DNA of 64,000 bases from Histomonas meleagridis 2922-C6/04-290x (Eukaryota > Protista > Parabasalia): positions 62,001-126,000 of the forward strand of contig JAANOX010000244.1 in the NCBI GenBank assembly GCA_020184695.1, in the 5' to 3' direction. Position 1 is the stretch's first letter, and each line of letters opens with the position of its first letter. Below the pieces are notes generated by a model. That model did not search any database. It saw nothing but the letters and a program-made list of their open reading frames with translations, and was not told the origin of the DNA. The translations under genes were made by a program, and so were the position numbers. This document shows positions 47,970-60,297 of the stretch, piece after piece.

Positions 47970-48548
47970 ATATTTTACTTCGGATAGGACGTGGCGGTCG
48001 TTGTTAGATGCATGCTCAATAATTTTGTCTGATTGAAGCGGTATACATGGTTTTTATTCTTCCATTTTGACGCATCCCACTCTTAAATACGATCAAAATA
48101 TATTGAAAAGAAGAACAATATGTTATTGATTTTTGGCGCACATCATACTTTCACTTTTGTATGAAATTGAATGGATGATTCAATATTTTCTATAAGGTCT
48201 CCCAACCCCAAATTTCAATTAAAAGTCATGCCACCTTTAATGCACAATAAAATGTAATACAAGATTTTAGAATCTCTTCTATTTTAAATGCACATGATAA
48301 ATAAATTTCATATTTGTATATAAATAAATGATGAAGGTTATTTAATTTATAAGCAAATTGATGGAAAATATCTCAAAATAAATTTATATCATCACTTCGT
48401 AAAGCAAATAACTATTTTAATATCGGGATGATTTACAAATGAATCCAATCTTGAAATACCAATGTAATTTGATTTATCACCTAAAAAAGTAACAAACTGT
48501 TTCCCTTCAAAATTTCAAAGCTTTGTTTGAATTGAACGAACAAAAATT

Positions 48549-49211
48549 ATGTTTGCAAAAAGAATTATTAAATTTGATCCTGCAACTAAATTATATTCTG
48601 TGATTACAAATGAAAGTCCTGAACCAATATGGATGAAAGAAGACAAAATAATAAATAAAAACGTTATAATCGATTTTGTAAAAGAAAATAATCTTCAGCA
48701 TCTTGTAGACTATGAACACCTTATAAGTACATTACAAAACCAACCAATAAACCAGAATAATATTAAAGAAGAAAATACACAAAATGTGATCAATAATATT
48801 CCTCAAATTCAAAAAGCATCACAAACAAATGTTACCTCCAACTCAACACAAAATATGCAAACAACTCAAGTACAACCATCAAAAATTCTTGTAAACACGA
48901 AAGTTTCAACACATGAATCCGACCAAATAAAAACAGAAAAAGTCGAACCCACAGAACAAAAAGATTCAAACGCGAACAGACACCCAATGAATCTTCCTAT
49001 TAAAAAAATTTGTGGCGCAGATGATGATCCAAAAAAGACTCAGAAATTTATATATGCTGTTTTGTATGAAGGTGATCCTAATATTCATTACATATCTCAG
49101 GATGATATGAAAAAATATCATCCAATGGAGCTAATCGAATTCTACGAACAGCATTTAAAAATTGAGAAAGTACTTTCAATGCCACCATATAGACCACCTC
49201 AATCAAAATAA
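48549..49211 (+). CDS. HP1-like protein (chromodomain-like N-terminus, low-complexity hinge, chromo-shadow-like C-terminus)
   Basis: N-terminal KRII...LYSV...EPIWMKEDKI....VIIDF; C-terminal PIKKICGA.....YAVLYEG....ISQDDMKKYHPMELIEFYEQHL matches the chromo-shadow pattern (P..vI.FYE..L). Confidence 0.6.
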   Translation: MFAKRIIKFDPATKLYSVITNESPEPIWMKEDKIINKNVIIDFVKENNLQHLVDYEHLISTLQNQPINQNNIKEENTQNVINNIPQIQKASQTNVTSNSTQNMQTTQVQPSKILVNTKVSTHESDQIKTEKVEPTEQKDSNANRHPMNLPIKKICGADDDPKKTQKFIYAVLYEGDPNIHYISQDDMKKYHPMELIEFYEQHLKIEKVLSMPPYRPPQSK

Positions 49212-49280
49212 ATATTTTTCTTTTTTTTGAATAAACATTTTTATATATTAATTACTATCAAATAATTTTTTAAAGAGGTT

Positions 49281-49520
49281 ACTTTGTTATTTTTTAATTT
49301 TATTATTTTATTTTTTTGTTATCTTATTATTTCATTATTTTGTTATCTTATTATTTTGTTATTTTGTTATTGTCTCATTTTGTTATTTTGTTGTTTTGTT
49401 ATTTCATTATTTTTTTACTCCTAAATTTAATATTATAAAATTTTTTATTTTGTTATCTTATTATTTCATTATTTTGTTATTTTGTTTATTTTTTTTTCTT
49501 ATTTTATTGTTTTCAATTAA
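49281..49520. repeat. Low-complexity TTATTTTG/TTATTTCA 8-nt-period degenerate satellite
   Basis: Repeated ttattttg units. TTTTGTTATCTTATTATTTCATTATTTTGTTAT occurs near both 49315 and 49448. Confidence 0.7.
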
Positions 49521-50084
49521 TTCTTTTTATTCCGTATTTATCTTCATAAATTTAACTTTAATGAATTGAAAAGCATGATGAGAGGTACTAAAACTCAAAA
49601 TCCTGCAATATTTTTTCAACGATAATTTTATGTTAAGGATAACATTGGGAGGAGATTACAAAAATACCCTCTTTTCGAAATTTCGACTGTACAATCTTTC
49701 GAAATTCGATCTGATTTCGACCATACTTTTTATGGAATTTTGGATTATTTCCTATATAGTAATGTTGCATACTAGATGTGTTTATTTTCTAAACTATTAT
49801 CCTTTATCATTTTCATTAAAAATTTTGAGAAAAAGTGAAAATATATGAAAAAATCAACTTAGTCGATAATAAATCGAGTGCAACTTTTTATATGAAGTGG
49901 CGGTGGTCTTTATTTATTTATGAATAAAAATATATGATTTGTTATTTAAAAAAATGTGATTGTCAAATAAAAATATTTTTTGCATGGATTTTTATGAATG
50001 ATTGAAATTTTGATGAAGTGAAAAAAATGATGTGAAGTGATTTTTTCTTTATTTATTTTTTTATTCGAATTTTTGGGTGTGTAC

Positions 50085-52295
50085 TTAAATATTTAAATCT
50101 CTTAAGTTAACTGATATTACTGCTATTGTTTCTTTAATGTTATCATAATATTTCTGGATCCATTCGAGCATATTTTGCTTTGTTTTTGTATCATATTTGG
50201 AAAATGGAATTTGATAGTATTCAGAACAATTTACGATGATATCCTTCAGAGTACTACATAATAACTTATTTCCAAATAATTTATTTAAATCAATTATTAT
50301 TTCTTCATTAATTGAAGGATATTTCTCTCTTATCTTTAATCTTTGAGAATCTTCGATAAAGCATATCTTATCCATTGATTATTTGGATTGTGTAAGATTT
50401 CTACCATTTAAACCTGTCTGAACAGACAAGGTAACTGCATTAATACTCAAGGAATTCATTATTCTTTTTGTATTAAAATAAAATGTATCAAATAATATTT
50501 GAAAAAATTCTTCCACGATTTTAGAATGATTACTAATAATGATATCAAAATTTTCTACATTAACAATAGGTTTTTCTACTATGAATCCTGCTTCAATTAA
50601 TAGTGAATAAGCAATTGTCCTTCCATCATATGGAAATAATGATTTATCGTATTCATTGTATGAAATTGTAATTCCAAATGATGATGCTCTTTTAGAAACC
50701 TTTAAAAATTGTAATTCTTGGTCTGTTATGCTAGCTATTATTTGATCAGTTGATATTCTTTTTAATGCTGATCTTAGGGTTTTGAACATACCCATTTTTA
50801 TTCTTAAACATCCAAATTGATGTTCAAGAGGATTTGACGTAAATCTATTTAAGCTTTTTTTGGCATTCATATCTTTTAGAAGTAATGTAACAAATGAATG
50901 AATTGTATTACAACAATGAATACATAATTTCTCATCAAAAAGTGTTAAAGCAACAATATTTTTCATTTTTTCTTGTTTAATTCCTGTGTCTAATTTTGTT
51001 TTCTTCATAAATTTATAATATATGAATTTTAATAAGATACTGATTTCAAATAGCGAAATTTTTTTGCTTAAATTTATATTGTCATTAGACATTGCTTCTA
51101 TAAACAAAGACCATGGTAACAAATATAATAATGCTGAAAAATTATGTTTTACATATAGCATTAAAGTATTGTTAATAGAAAATAGAGAAATGGAAAGAAT
51201 ATCGTGCATTTTCGTGATTTTAGAGTTATTAATCAAAATCGGTAATGAATTTAAATCTTCTCGTATATTGGAAATGTCAATGATTGGTGAATTTCGATTA
51301 AATCCAATAGTTAATGGTACGTCTTTATATAACCGATATCTTGCACATTTGAATATATGAAGGGGATCACTAATATATCGAAAAAAAACTCTTTTTGCAA
51401 TTTCAACAATTGAAGTCGTGTAATGTTCAGCAACACATTCATATTGACCAAAGAACGAATTATGATAAAAATCATAGCAATTATCACCATCAAAAACAAA
51501 TCCAAGAACATATATTTTATGATTCTTTAATTAATTACGTAATGTTTCGAGTGTTTCACATTGAATATTTGTTGCTTTCCCCTGGGATGAAGGAGAAAAA
51601 TGAATTATTGAGCACGAATAATCTGGATTTATATATTGAATGTAATAAACAACGGCATAATTTTTTATTTGATTCCAATTTATCATTAAAAAATTTATCC
51701 ATTGTTGTGCATTTTCGCAGAAAAATTGATAAGGATTTTCAATATTTTGTATAACTACTTTTTTTAACTTAATCATTACATTATTTTTTGTTATAGTCAC
51801 ATCGGGCGAAAATGCTATTGCGTCAATACTTAAAATACAATCCATTGGAGCAGGACGAAAAATATTAATTTGATTGTTTTTATAAGCATTTATGATTCCA
51901 TCTATTTGATTAATAATATCAATCAAAGACTTAAAACGTTCATTGATTAAATCTGCTAAATGATTATGTATTGATGTATAAAAAGGTAATGGAATAAAAG
52001 ATCTAATATAACGTAAAGCTTGTGGCGAAATCGAATTAATATTGGATGCTAATTGATAAATTTTTTCATCATATCTTCTTGCATTTGGGTGAACTCCAAG
52101 GTTTCTCAATATCGAATTAATGATTTCATCATATTCTTCATTTTCTGAATTAATATCTTCATTTCTCTCTATGTTTGAAACACATTTGACACTTATCGCT
52201 TCATAAAGTCTCTTATTAATACGTGCTTGTCTTTCTGCCTTGATCCGCTTTTGTCTTTCTCTCGCTAATTGCAAGGCTTGTCTTGATTTTTCCAT
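50085..52295 (-). pseudogene. P-element/THAP9-like transposase, 737 codons in one frame with two in-frame TAA (51531-51533, 50379-50381)
   Basis: CILSIDAIAF, VLGFVFDGDN, SDPLHIFKCARYRL and RFTSNPLEHQFGCLR correspond to the P-family D, D, DxxH and LE motifs. The segment between annotated ORFs was translated by hand and is open. Confidence 0.75.
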
Positions 52296-52948
52296 GATAA
52301 AAAATAAAAATAATGTGAACTAGAAATTTCCTCAGAATTTCAATGGCATTAAATGAAAAACAACTAGATGCATTCAAATCAGTAAAATTTTTGATTCAAA
52401 AAGCTTCCTACTACGTTTTGTAAAGTATTCAATTTATTTTTTGGGAAACACCCCAAAAAGAATTGACATAAAAAAAAATTCAGCGGTCTAAATCCTTAGA
52501 TAGGTATGATTATAAATAAATAAATCCTAAACTTCATAGTTAGTCGGGTCCCATTAAAAAACTATTGCACGATTTTTTTTATCATTAAAAAAATGAGAAA
52601 AAAGCACCCATTTTTTTAATCAAAAAAATTAAAAAATTATTTTTTTTCATCAAAAATGTATATTGCAAGAAACCATATATGTGGAAAGAAAGCAAATCGA
52701 TCATAGATTATTTTACACATTTAAAATTTATGATTCATTTACTTTTGACATCATATTCAAATTATTAATTAGGAAAATTGAAATTTATTTTCCTTCAAAC
52801 AATACATTCGTGAAACAAAATAAAACATTTTTAATCAAAAAAATTTCTATTTAAAATCATCACATAAAAAAAAATTTGAGAAAACCGATTTTCGAGCACT
52901 TTTTGATATTCAAAATATAAATATTCTAATAAATAATCAAAATTATCG

Positions 52949-52950
<2 letters not shown>

Positions 52951-53015
<65 letters not shown>
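52951..53015. repeat. (AT)n microsatellite, about 32 units
   Basis: Perfect AT dinucleotide run. Confidence 0.97.
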
Positions 53016-53018
<3 letters not shown>

Positions 53019-54029
53019 TAATATTCATGATGTATTTTTATTATAGCTAGAAAAAAAAAAGATCACCGCCACTTCATATAATTTTTTACTAAGATTTTAA
53101 AAAAAAGTGAGAAAAAAATGAAAAAAATTGAATGAAAAAAAATTATGCTTTTAATTTTATGAATTACCATTTATAAAATATAATTTACATCAAAAATAAT
53201 AAAGATTGGTCACCAAAAATATATATTTGGAAAAAATCGATTTCGAAATTTCGATTTTGATCCGGATATTTTTTTCCCAATTTGAAAGCAGATTTTTATT
53301 CACGTGTTGATAGGGATCTAATAAAAATCAAAAAATTCACCAGGATATGTTTATTTCCTCAGTTTGATGAACTCTTTTTTTAAAATTAAGAAGATGTTCA
53401 AGCAATATCTATGATGATGATATATTACCTATATTTTATGGTGAAAAAATTATTTTAAATTCATGTTTAACAAGATGATATTCTTCATTGGTAAGGCCAT
53501 TACATATTTCATTTAATGTTTGTTCTCTAAGTTTTCATTTAAAGCTAAACATAATGCATTAATATTCTTATGCTATAAAGAAGAACCCTTTTAAAAATTG
53601 TGTATGTGTCTGTATACAGACAGTTTATGACATCACGAAAATGGATTTGAAATTATGGTCACACATTAGTTTATTATTTTGTTATGCTATTTTTGAAATG
53701 GTAATCATTTCTGGAAATAACACAAATTACCCAATAAATGTATGGGATTAAAAAGCCTGTTTTTATTCTTCATGAAGAATAAAGAAAATTTATCTTTGAA
53801 AGTTCAATTCATTCATCCTTGAAATCACAATATAATTACATTATCAAGTATTTTTAATTTTTGAAAAATGTTGTATTTACATAAACATTCAACAGAAAAA
53901 ATGTAAATTTGCTATGCTCAAATGGTTGTGATTTATATATAAAATTAATAAATTAAGTGATAATGAAAAATACGCATCACACATCAAATTAACACTTTTG
54001 AAATTTTCTATTTCAAGGCACATTAAAAC

Positions 54030-54340
54030 ACAACATTGAAGAAATTTAAAAGAAATGTTGCAATTTGAAGGATAACAATTAGAAATGATGATGTTCAATA
54101 ACTTCAGAAAATTCTATATAACTAAAGCAATTTTAATGATTTCTTTTTTTATTTATAACACGAAAATTATATCTGAATAAATACTGCTAAAAAAAAGAAA
54201 AGTTTCATGAATGGATTATGCATTTCTTGGATCAATACACTGTTTTAAATATTTATATATGAATAATGCAAAAGTAAATAGTAAGTTAAATTTGCTGTTG
54301 AAATTAGATATGGAGAAAATATGCATCATGTGAATGTGAA
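54030..54340 (+). pseudogene. Degraded DUF3447-type ankyrin-gene N-terminal remnant
   Basis: Frames give IRNDDVQ*LQKILYN*SNFN and MDYAFLGSIHCFKYLYMNNAK, homologous to VRNDEIEKLQEI and IDYAAFFSAVKCFKYLLMNGA of the 26976 gene. Boundaries are approximate. Confidence 0.6.
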
Positions 54341-55419
54341 TAAGAAATTTCGCAGAAATGATCTCTTTATAAATCTTGAAAAGCTAGAAAGCTTAGGAGA
54401 AAATAAAAATAATAAATAAGAATTTAAAATGTTTCAATAATAATCATTCTCAATCAACTGACGAAAATAAGCATACAAAAAAGTGATTTTTCCGAGTTTT
54501 CTTGAACACATGTTTGAAGAGTTAATAGCAGAAAATTTATTGTCAAATTATTCGTAAAAAATTTTAAAAATATTGAAATAATAACAAATTTATGTGTGGA
54601 AAAATAAAAAGAAAAGAGTTGAAGAAAACGTTCAGAGAAAAAGTTGGAAGCTTCACAAGGTGCTTATTCATTCTTGGAAGGGATTGTGTGAATTCTATAT
54701 TTTACAAAAGTCGATGAACCATTGTCTTCATATGGACGGTTTTTATAGGCTCGACATGATCGTTTCATTGTTTCTTTTTCTTTCAATTTGTATTTAAATT
54801 TGAAACCACATTCATTCCAAATTTCTGACAATTGATGTTACATTGAGGAACACAACGACTGTCATAATAAAACCAATGGAATTCACTTTAATTGCTCAAA
54901 AGAATTCTCTTGATGAATATATTCATCAAAAGAAAGTACATTTACTCCTTTAAAATCAAAATCAAAGTTTTTTGCTTACATTTTGTATTTTAGTTTTTTT
55001 ATCTGTGTATTTGTTTTAAAAAAATTTGTTTGCCAAATTCTTGGGGAGAACATTCAAATAGAAAATTCTGGCATTTTGAAATAACAATTTCCGTTCAAAA
55101 TCGTTTGCCCATAATTTTTTGTATGAAAAACCGCGCAAAAAAACGGTTGTCAGGTCAAACGTTAATTCAATTCTGCGTTCGAAGCATAAACAAAAAATCG
55201 AGAAAAAGAAATTTCAACATCACACCCATTAAAAGAGATCGCACAAACCAAAGATATAATGAAAATATGATAAAATATGTCAAAATCATAAAAAATGGAT
55301 GGAATCATAAAAAACTATGAAGCAAATTTGCCATATGAACTGATAAACCTCCAAAAATTCAAATGATAAAAATGGTTTCAATACAAATTCAAAAAGCGGG
55401 AAGGTAGCTCGACCAGAAA

Positions 55420-56484
55420 ATGAATGCAAAAAAAGAAAAGATCAAACCAATTCACATTCCAGAATTTCACAACTACACATTTGTCAAAGAACTTCCGACA
55501 GGTACATTAAGTTCAACTTCTTTATTAATCCATAAACAAAATCATCTTAATTATATTTGCAAATCTTTTCCAAAAAACGTTATAGCATCACCTGAACAAA
55601 TAAACTTGCTTATGGAAAGATCAAATCATCTCAAATCACTTAATTTCGTATGTCCTTATGTAGACATATATCAAACAGAAGATTCTGTTTATTTAATAAG
55701 GCCATATCTAGATGTTCTTAATCTATCAGATTTTCTTTTGCTTCACCGTTTGGATCAAAATAGTATTTATGAACTTTGGCGATCAATTGTAAAGCGATAT
55801 TATTTGATTCATAAGGCAAATGTTTTTCCAAACTCAATCAAACCTTCCAATATCTTTATAACTCGCGACAAGCAAATCATCCTTACTGATTTTTACATTT
55901 TTTCACCTGGAATAAATTTCGTATTCCAAACACCTAATCCACTTGACATACAATGGTTCCCTCCGGAATATTTTACAGGCACAGCAAAGGTCAATGCATC
56001 TTCTGATATATGGTCTCTTGCTGCTCTATTCATTACAATGAACGGAATACCCCTTCCATGGGTCTCCAAAAACATTTTTACAATGATAGAAGGGAAAATT
56101 AATCCACGTCTTGACTGTCTCACGTCTTTTCATTTCAACATATCAAAAATAATTATTTCATCACTTCAATGTGACCAGTCCAAACGGCCTTCTCTCAAGC
56201 AGATCCTACTCGAACCAAAGCTTAAACATAAAACCAACAAATTTGGTGGGTTTAATAGTTATCACAAATTGTCTTCAACAGCAGTCACTTCCTCTCAACG
56301 AAAAGTAATGACTCTGAACCCAAACACAAACTCTAAAATGTGTTTCAGATACAGGAAACTTGGCGGTATTGAGCTCGACAAGCTCCTTCTCAGAAACAGC
56401 CAAACAGTCAGAGCGCCCTTCTACCTCAAACAGACTTTTTCAGAACCATATTTGCAAAACCCGAAAAGCTCTGAAAGCCAGTGA
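55420..56484 (+). CDS. CAMK-like protein kinase domain, probably a pseudokinase
   Basis: Kinase fold (YICK, IKPSNIF, TDF, PPEYF, SDIWSL, RPS). HRD is replaced by PNS and DFG by DFY. Confidence 0.8.
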   Translation: MNAKKEKIKPIHIPEFHNYTFVKELPTGTLSSTSLLIHKQNHLNYICKSFPKNVIASPEQINLLMERSNHLKSLNFVCPYVDIYQTEDSVYLIRPYLDVLNLSDFLLLHRLDQNSIYELWRSIVKRYYLIHKANVFPNSIKPSNIFITRDKQIILTDFYIFSPGINFVFQTPNPLDIQWFPPEYFTGTAKVNASSDIWSLAALFITMNGIPLPWVSKNIFTMIEGKINPRLDCLTSFHFNISKIIISSLQCDQSKRPSLKQILLEPKLKHKTNKFGGFNSYHKLSSTAVTSSQRKVMTLNPNTNSKMCFRYRKLGGIELDKLLLRNSQTVRAPFYLKQTFSEPYLQNPKSSESQ

Positions 56485-56941
56485 AATTATTGCAATAATT
56501 TTTATTTTTACTATGTTTCATTAAAAATTTTTTCAAAACTATTTATTTTATTCGCTTATTGGAAAAATTGATTCAATTGTCTAAACTCAAAATAAATTTG
56601 TTGGACAACATCAGTTATTTTCATCATTTTATTGTGGGATTTATTCAAAAGAGTGTATTTTACTTATTATGACTTAGAACTTTTCTTTATGACTTATTTA
56701 GGCTTAGTTTTATAATCAATGATAATAAAATGCCTTTACATTTTGAATCAAAAATATTAAATTTATAAATAAGTTTATATTTGATTATAAAAAATTTGTA
56801 GTTATTTTAATATCATGTCAATATGATCTATATAAGTGTCAGCAAGCCATTGATGGAAATGTATTTTGAAGAGCTTTTGTAAATCTTTTTTCCATTGAAA
56901 AACATGTAATATTTTGAAAAGTATTCAAAAAGTTTTTACTT

Positions 56942-56948
56942 AACGGTT
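56942..56948 (+). promoter_or_regulatory. M3-type element AACGGTT upstream of ATG 56961
   Basis: Matches RRCGGTK. A second copy lies on the minus strand upstream of ARPC3 (about 63677-63683). Confidence 0.5.
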
Positions 56949-56960
56949 GTTTTATAGGGG

Positions 56961-57824
56961 ATGACAACAGCTGACACCATCAATGACGTTATAACAGGCG
57001 TTATCATGTTCGTATTTGTTGTTGTTGATATCTTATTTCTTGTGTTCGTTTTAAAGTATCGAAATCTCGAATTCAACAAATTTTGGATTACCAGAACAGC
57101 TCTTATCATAGTTTCATTACTTTATACACTTATTTCCGGACTTTCAAACTTTCGTTGGCTTCCACAGCAATTTTCTACAAACAAATCCAAATCTTTTGCA
57201 TGTTCATTTCCAAATTATTTTGGTAATTGTATAATCATTCCTTTATTTTTTGAGATAATCCTTGGCATTATCACGATGGCAACTAATATTATTATCCGAG
57301 AGAGGCATCATAACAATCGAACATTAATTCTTCGCTCATTTCTTTGGGTATTACTTCCTTTCATTCTAGGTATTGTCAACCTTTACATTTCATATGATTA
57401 CTCAGATATGGTATTTTTCAAATCATATGATCCAGATCACAATTATTGTGTTCAATCCAACTATTATGCAGCTGTTGTTCTAGTATCTGTTATATCTTGT
57501 TTAATCAGGTATATCCAAATCAAAAGGAATCTCAACAGAAATGTAATCAATACAAATTATCAAAAGAAAATATCCAAATATCTTATTCTACTCATACCGG
57601 TATTAATCATAATTATATTGTCAGTATTTCTTTCCTTCCTTTACCACATTTTGCAGATTGTCGTGAAGTTCGTGAATTTGGTCGGGTTGTCAATCATGTT
57701 GACGGTTTTCATACATTTCTATGTTTTACAACCTGTAAAGGAAACAATTCAAGCATCAAAACTTGATGAAAGTTTATTCGAGAGTAGCTCGTCTGAAACT
57801 ATAGATGAAGCTTTGTCACCATAA
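56961..57824 (+). CDS. Multi-pass (about 7 TM) membrane protein, GPCR-like topology
   Basis: Seven hydrophobic stretches, with Cys in the predicted extracellular loops (SFACSF, HNYCVQ). Confidence 0.65.
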   Translation: MTTADTINDVITGVIMFVFVVVDILFLVFVLKYRNLEFNKFWITRTALIIVSLLYTLISGLSNFRWLPQQFSTNKSKSFACSFPNYFGNCIIIPLFFEIILGIITMATNIIIRERHHNNRTLILRSFLWVLLPFILGIVNLYISYDYSDMVFFKSYDPDHNYCVQSNYYAAVVLVSVISCLIRYIQIKRNLNRNVINTNYQKKISKYLILLIPVLIIIILSVFLSFLYHILQIVVKFVNLVGLSIMLTVFIHFYVLQPVKETIQASKLDESLFESSSSETIDEALSP

Positions 57825-58464
57825 GTTCTTTCTTTGTTATATATGAATAAAATATATATTTTGTGAGATAAACGGATTTTCGAAATTCAAACTTTTCAAA
57901 ATTATACAAAGGTCAAAAATAATTGTAATGATTTGTGGTATGGAGAAAAGCAATTGCTAAGTGCAGCTTCTCGAAAGTAATTATCAATATGAGTTATAAT
58001 TTTCTGTGATTTTTGTTATCGGTGTTTTTTAAATAGAAGAGACAGAAGATATACTTCGAAAACAATCAATTCTTGGTCACATTTGAATTCTTCATTTATT
58101 AGAATTAGATCATGATGAAATAATAAGCCACATTTTCTTATTCATTCTAAAATATTTAATAGTTTGTATCACATCACGTTAATCTATGTCGATTTAAGGA
58201 AGGCAGATCGAATATTCGATGAATTACTCTCACAGAGAAATCATCGATAATTGAATTGAGTAATTGTAATGTGTCGTTTTTTGTGAAGCTTCTGACATCT
58301 ATGAGTATTGAAAATTCTGAATGTTCAAATATCGTAATTTTACTTTTTGAATCAAAATTTCATAAATTAAATAGTTTATAAACTGTTTCTGTGTAATAAA
58401 TCGCTCAAATAACACAAATTTTCAATTTACAACGAAATGTTTGTTCACTTCACTTGTATTTTCG

Positions 58465-59376
58465 ATGGAAAAACAATTTGAAGAGAAGCCAATTAAGGAA
58501 CAAAAAGTCGAAGAAGAAGCTGAAAAGAAGACTGAGAAAGAGAATGAAGAGACAGTCGAAAGCTCAGAAGACGATGATGAAATCCTTGATATCCTTCAAA
58601 ACATGAGAAGTTACATCGATCAGATCATCCAAAAGAGATCAAGCCGCAAGTCAAAACAGTTGCCAGTCAAGAAGCAAAAGGAAGAATCCAGTGAAGATGA
58701 AGAAGAAGAAGAAGAATTAGAAGAAGAAAGACCATGTCCATTCAAGAGAGGACGCTGCCATCGCAGGCGTTTCGAAAGAGAATCTTCATCATCAAGTGAT
58801 AATGAAAGGCCCTGTCCATTCAGGAGGAAGCATTTCCGTGAATCCGAATCCTCATCTGAAGAGTCCAGTGAAAGTGAACACAAGAAGCCATGTCGCAAAC
58901 ACCTCCGTAACAAGATGATGATGGGCCGTCGCTGCTGCAAACGTATGGAAATGATGCGTAAGTGCTGCATGAAAGATCATCCCTGCTTCATGAAATGTCG
59001 AATGCCACCACCTCATTCTTGGTGGATGAAGAAGCGGTTCTTTAGGAGATTTGGTATGATGCCACCACCTCCACCATGGTTCATGCGCAAGCATGGAATG
59101 CCACCACCACCACCATGGCATATGAGGAGACATCATGGAATGCCGCCACCACCACCATGGCACATGAGGAGACATCATGGAATGCCTCCTCCACCACCAC
59201 CACGAAGAATGAGAGGACACTGTTGCAGGAAAGAAATGAGACACATAAAATTCGGCAAGCGCGTTTTCGATCAACCACCTCCTCCACCACCTTTCGGTGG
59301 ATATCAGCCGAATTATTACATGCAGCCAGGCTATGGAATGCAGCAGCCACCATACTGGCAACCACCAATGTGGTAA
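58465..59376 (+). CDS. Low-complexity protein: acidic N-terminus, Arg/Cys/Met-rich middle, MPPPPPWxMRxH(H)G repeats
   Basis: First ATG at 58465. Tandem repeats of about 27-30 nt at 59058-59200. Confidence 0.7.
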   Translation: MEKQFEEKPIKEQKVEEEAEKKTEKENEETVESSEDDDEILDILQNMRSYIDQIIQKRSSRKSKQLPVKKQKEESSEDEEEEEELEEERPCPFKRGRCHRRRFERESSSSSDNERPCPFRRKHFRESESSSEESSESEHKKPCRKHLRNKMMMGRRCCKRMEMMRKCCMKDHPCFMKCRMPPPHSWWMKKRFFRRFGMMPPPPPWFMRKHGMPPPPPWHMRRHHGMPPPPPWHMRRHHGMPPPPPPRRMRGHCCRKEMRHIKFGKRVFDQPPPPPPFGGYQPNYYMQPGYGMQQPPYWQPPMW

Positions 59377-59605
59377 AGTGAAATTGGGGAGCACTAACGT
59401 CAAGTAAAAAGACCCCTGAAAAATTGATTTTTTTTTCTCTATAATGTGACTTTAGAAGTTTGAGTTCAGCTTATATTTTCAGATCAATTCATTATAAACG
59501 TTTAAAGAGCATTTGTGAAAATTAAAAGTTAACGCTTGCTAATAAAAATACAAAAAGATAATAAATGAAAAAGAATTATATGTTTAATTAAAATCGCTAA
59601 AAAAT

Positions 59606-59992
59606 TTATTCAGCATTGAACTTGGCAACTGCTTTACCACCTTCTGAAACTGCATGTTTGGCAAGATCTCCTGGAAGAACAAGTCGAACTGCTGTTTGTA
59701 TTTCACGAGATCCAAGTGTATTACGATCATTCATATCAACAAGGCGTGCACCTTCACGTGCAATACGTTCGAATATATCTGTTACAAAGTTGTTCATAAC
59801 TAACATAGCTTTGTTGGAAATACCAATATCTGGATGAACTTGTTTGAGTACTTTGAAAATGTAAGATGAGAATGATTCATTCCTCTTCTTATGGCGTTGC
59901 TTCTTCTCCTTTTCGGTTTCAGCTGGGGCTTCTCCTTCAACTGCTGGCTTCTTTTCGGTTGGAGTCTTTGATGCTGGTTTCTTGGTTGACAT
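59606..59992 (-). CDS. H2B: Histone H2B
   Basis: [49 protein letters not shown]. Confidence 0.97.
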   Translation of the reverse strand: MSTKKPASKTPTEKKPAVEGEAPAETEKEKKQRHKKRNESFSSYIFKVLKQVHPDIGISNKAMLVMNNFVTDIFERIAREGARLVDMNDRNTLGSREIQTAVRLVLPGDLAKHAVSEGGKAVAKFNAE

Positions 59993-60297
59993 TTCTAAAA
60001 ATGGTAATTAAGAAAAAACCCTCCAAAAGAAGGAAATATTTAAAATGTCATTTTGAACCCGAATTATTTTAATTAAAAAATTCAAATCATAAATCATGAC
60101 AATTTAGTTCCAATGTTTTTGAATGGACTTTTTTGAATTAATTCTACATAATTATAAGTACCGTTTTGCACCCATGTTTTTTTAGCGATTAATTTTCTAG
60201 GAATCCCGCAATATATATGTGTCGTTTTGGGCCAGCACAATTTATAAGAGTGAATTGCGGGGATTTTTTTGAATGAGGACAAAAAACAATTTTTTTC

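Larger units (their letters stand above)
49889..53080 (-). mobile_element. Decayed P-superfamily-like DNA transposon bounded by inverted repeats
   Basis: TATATGAAGTGGCGGTGGTCTTT (49889-49911) is the reverse complement of 53058-53080 at 22/23 positions, and a transposase pseudogene lies between. No TSD was identified, so the true ends may lie further out. Confidence 0.7.

Noticed and set aside
52831-53028. ORF containing YIYIYI repeats
   Set aside because: Translation of the (AT)n microsatellite.
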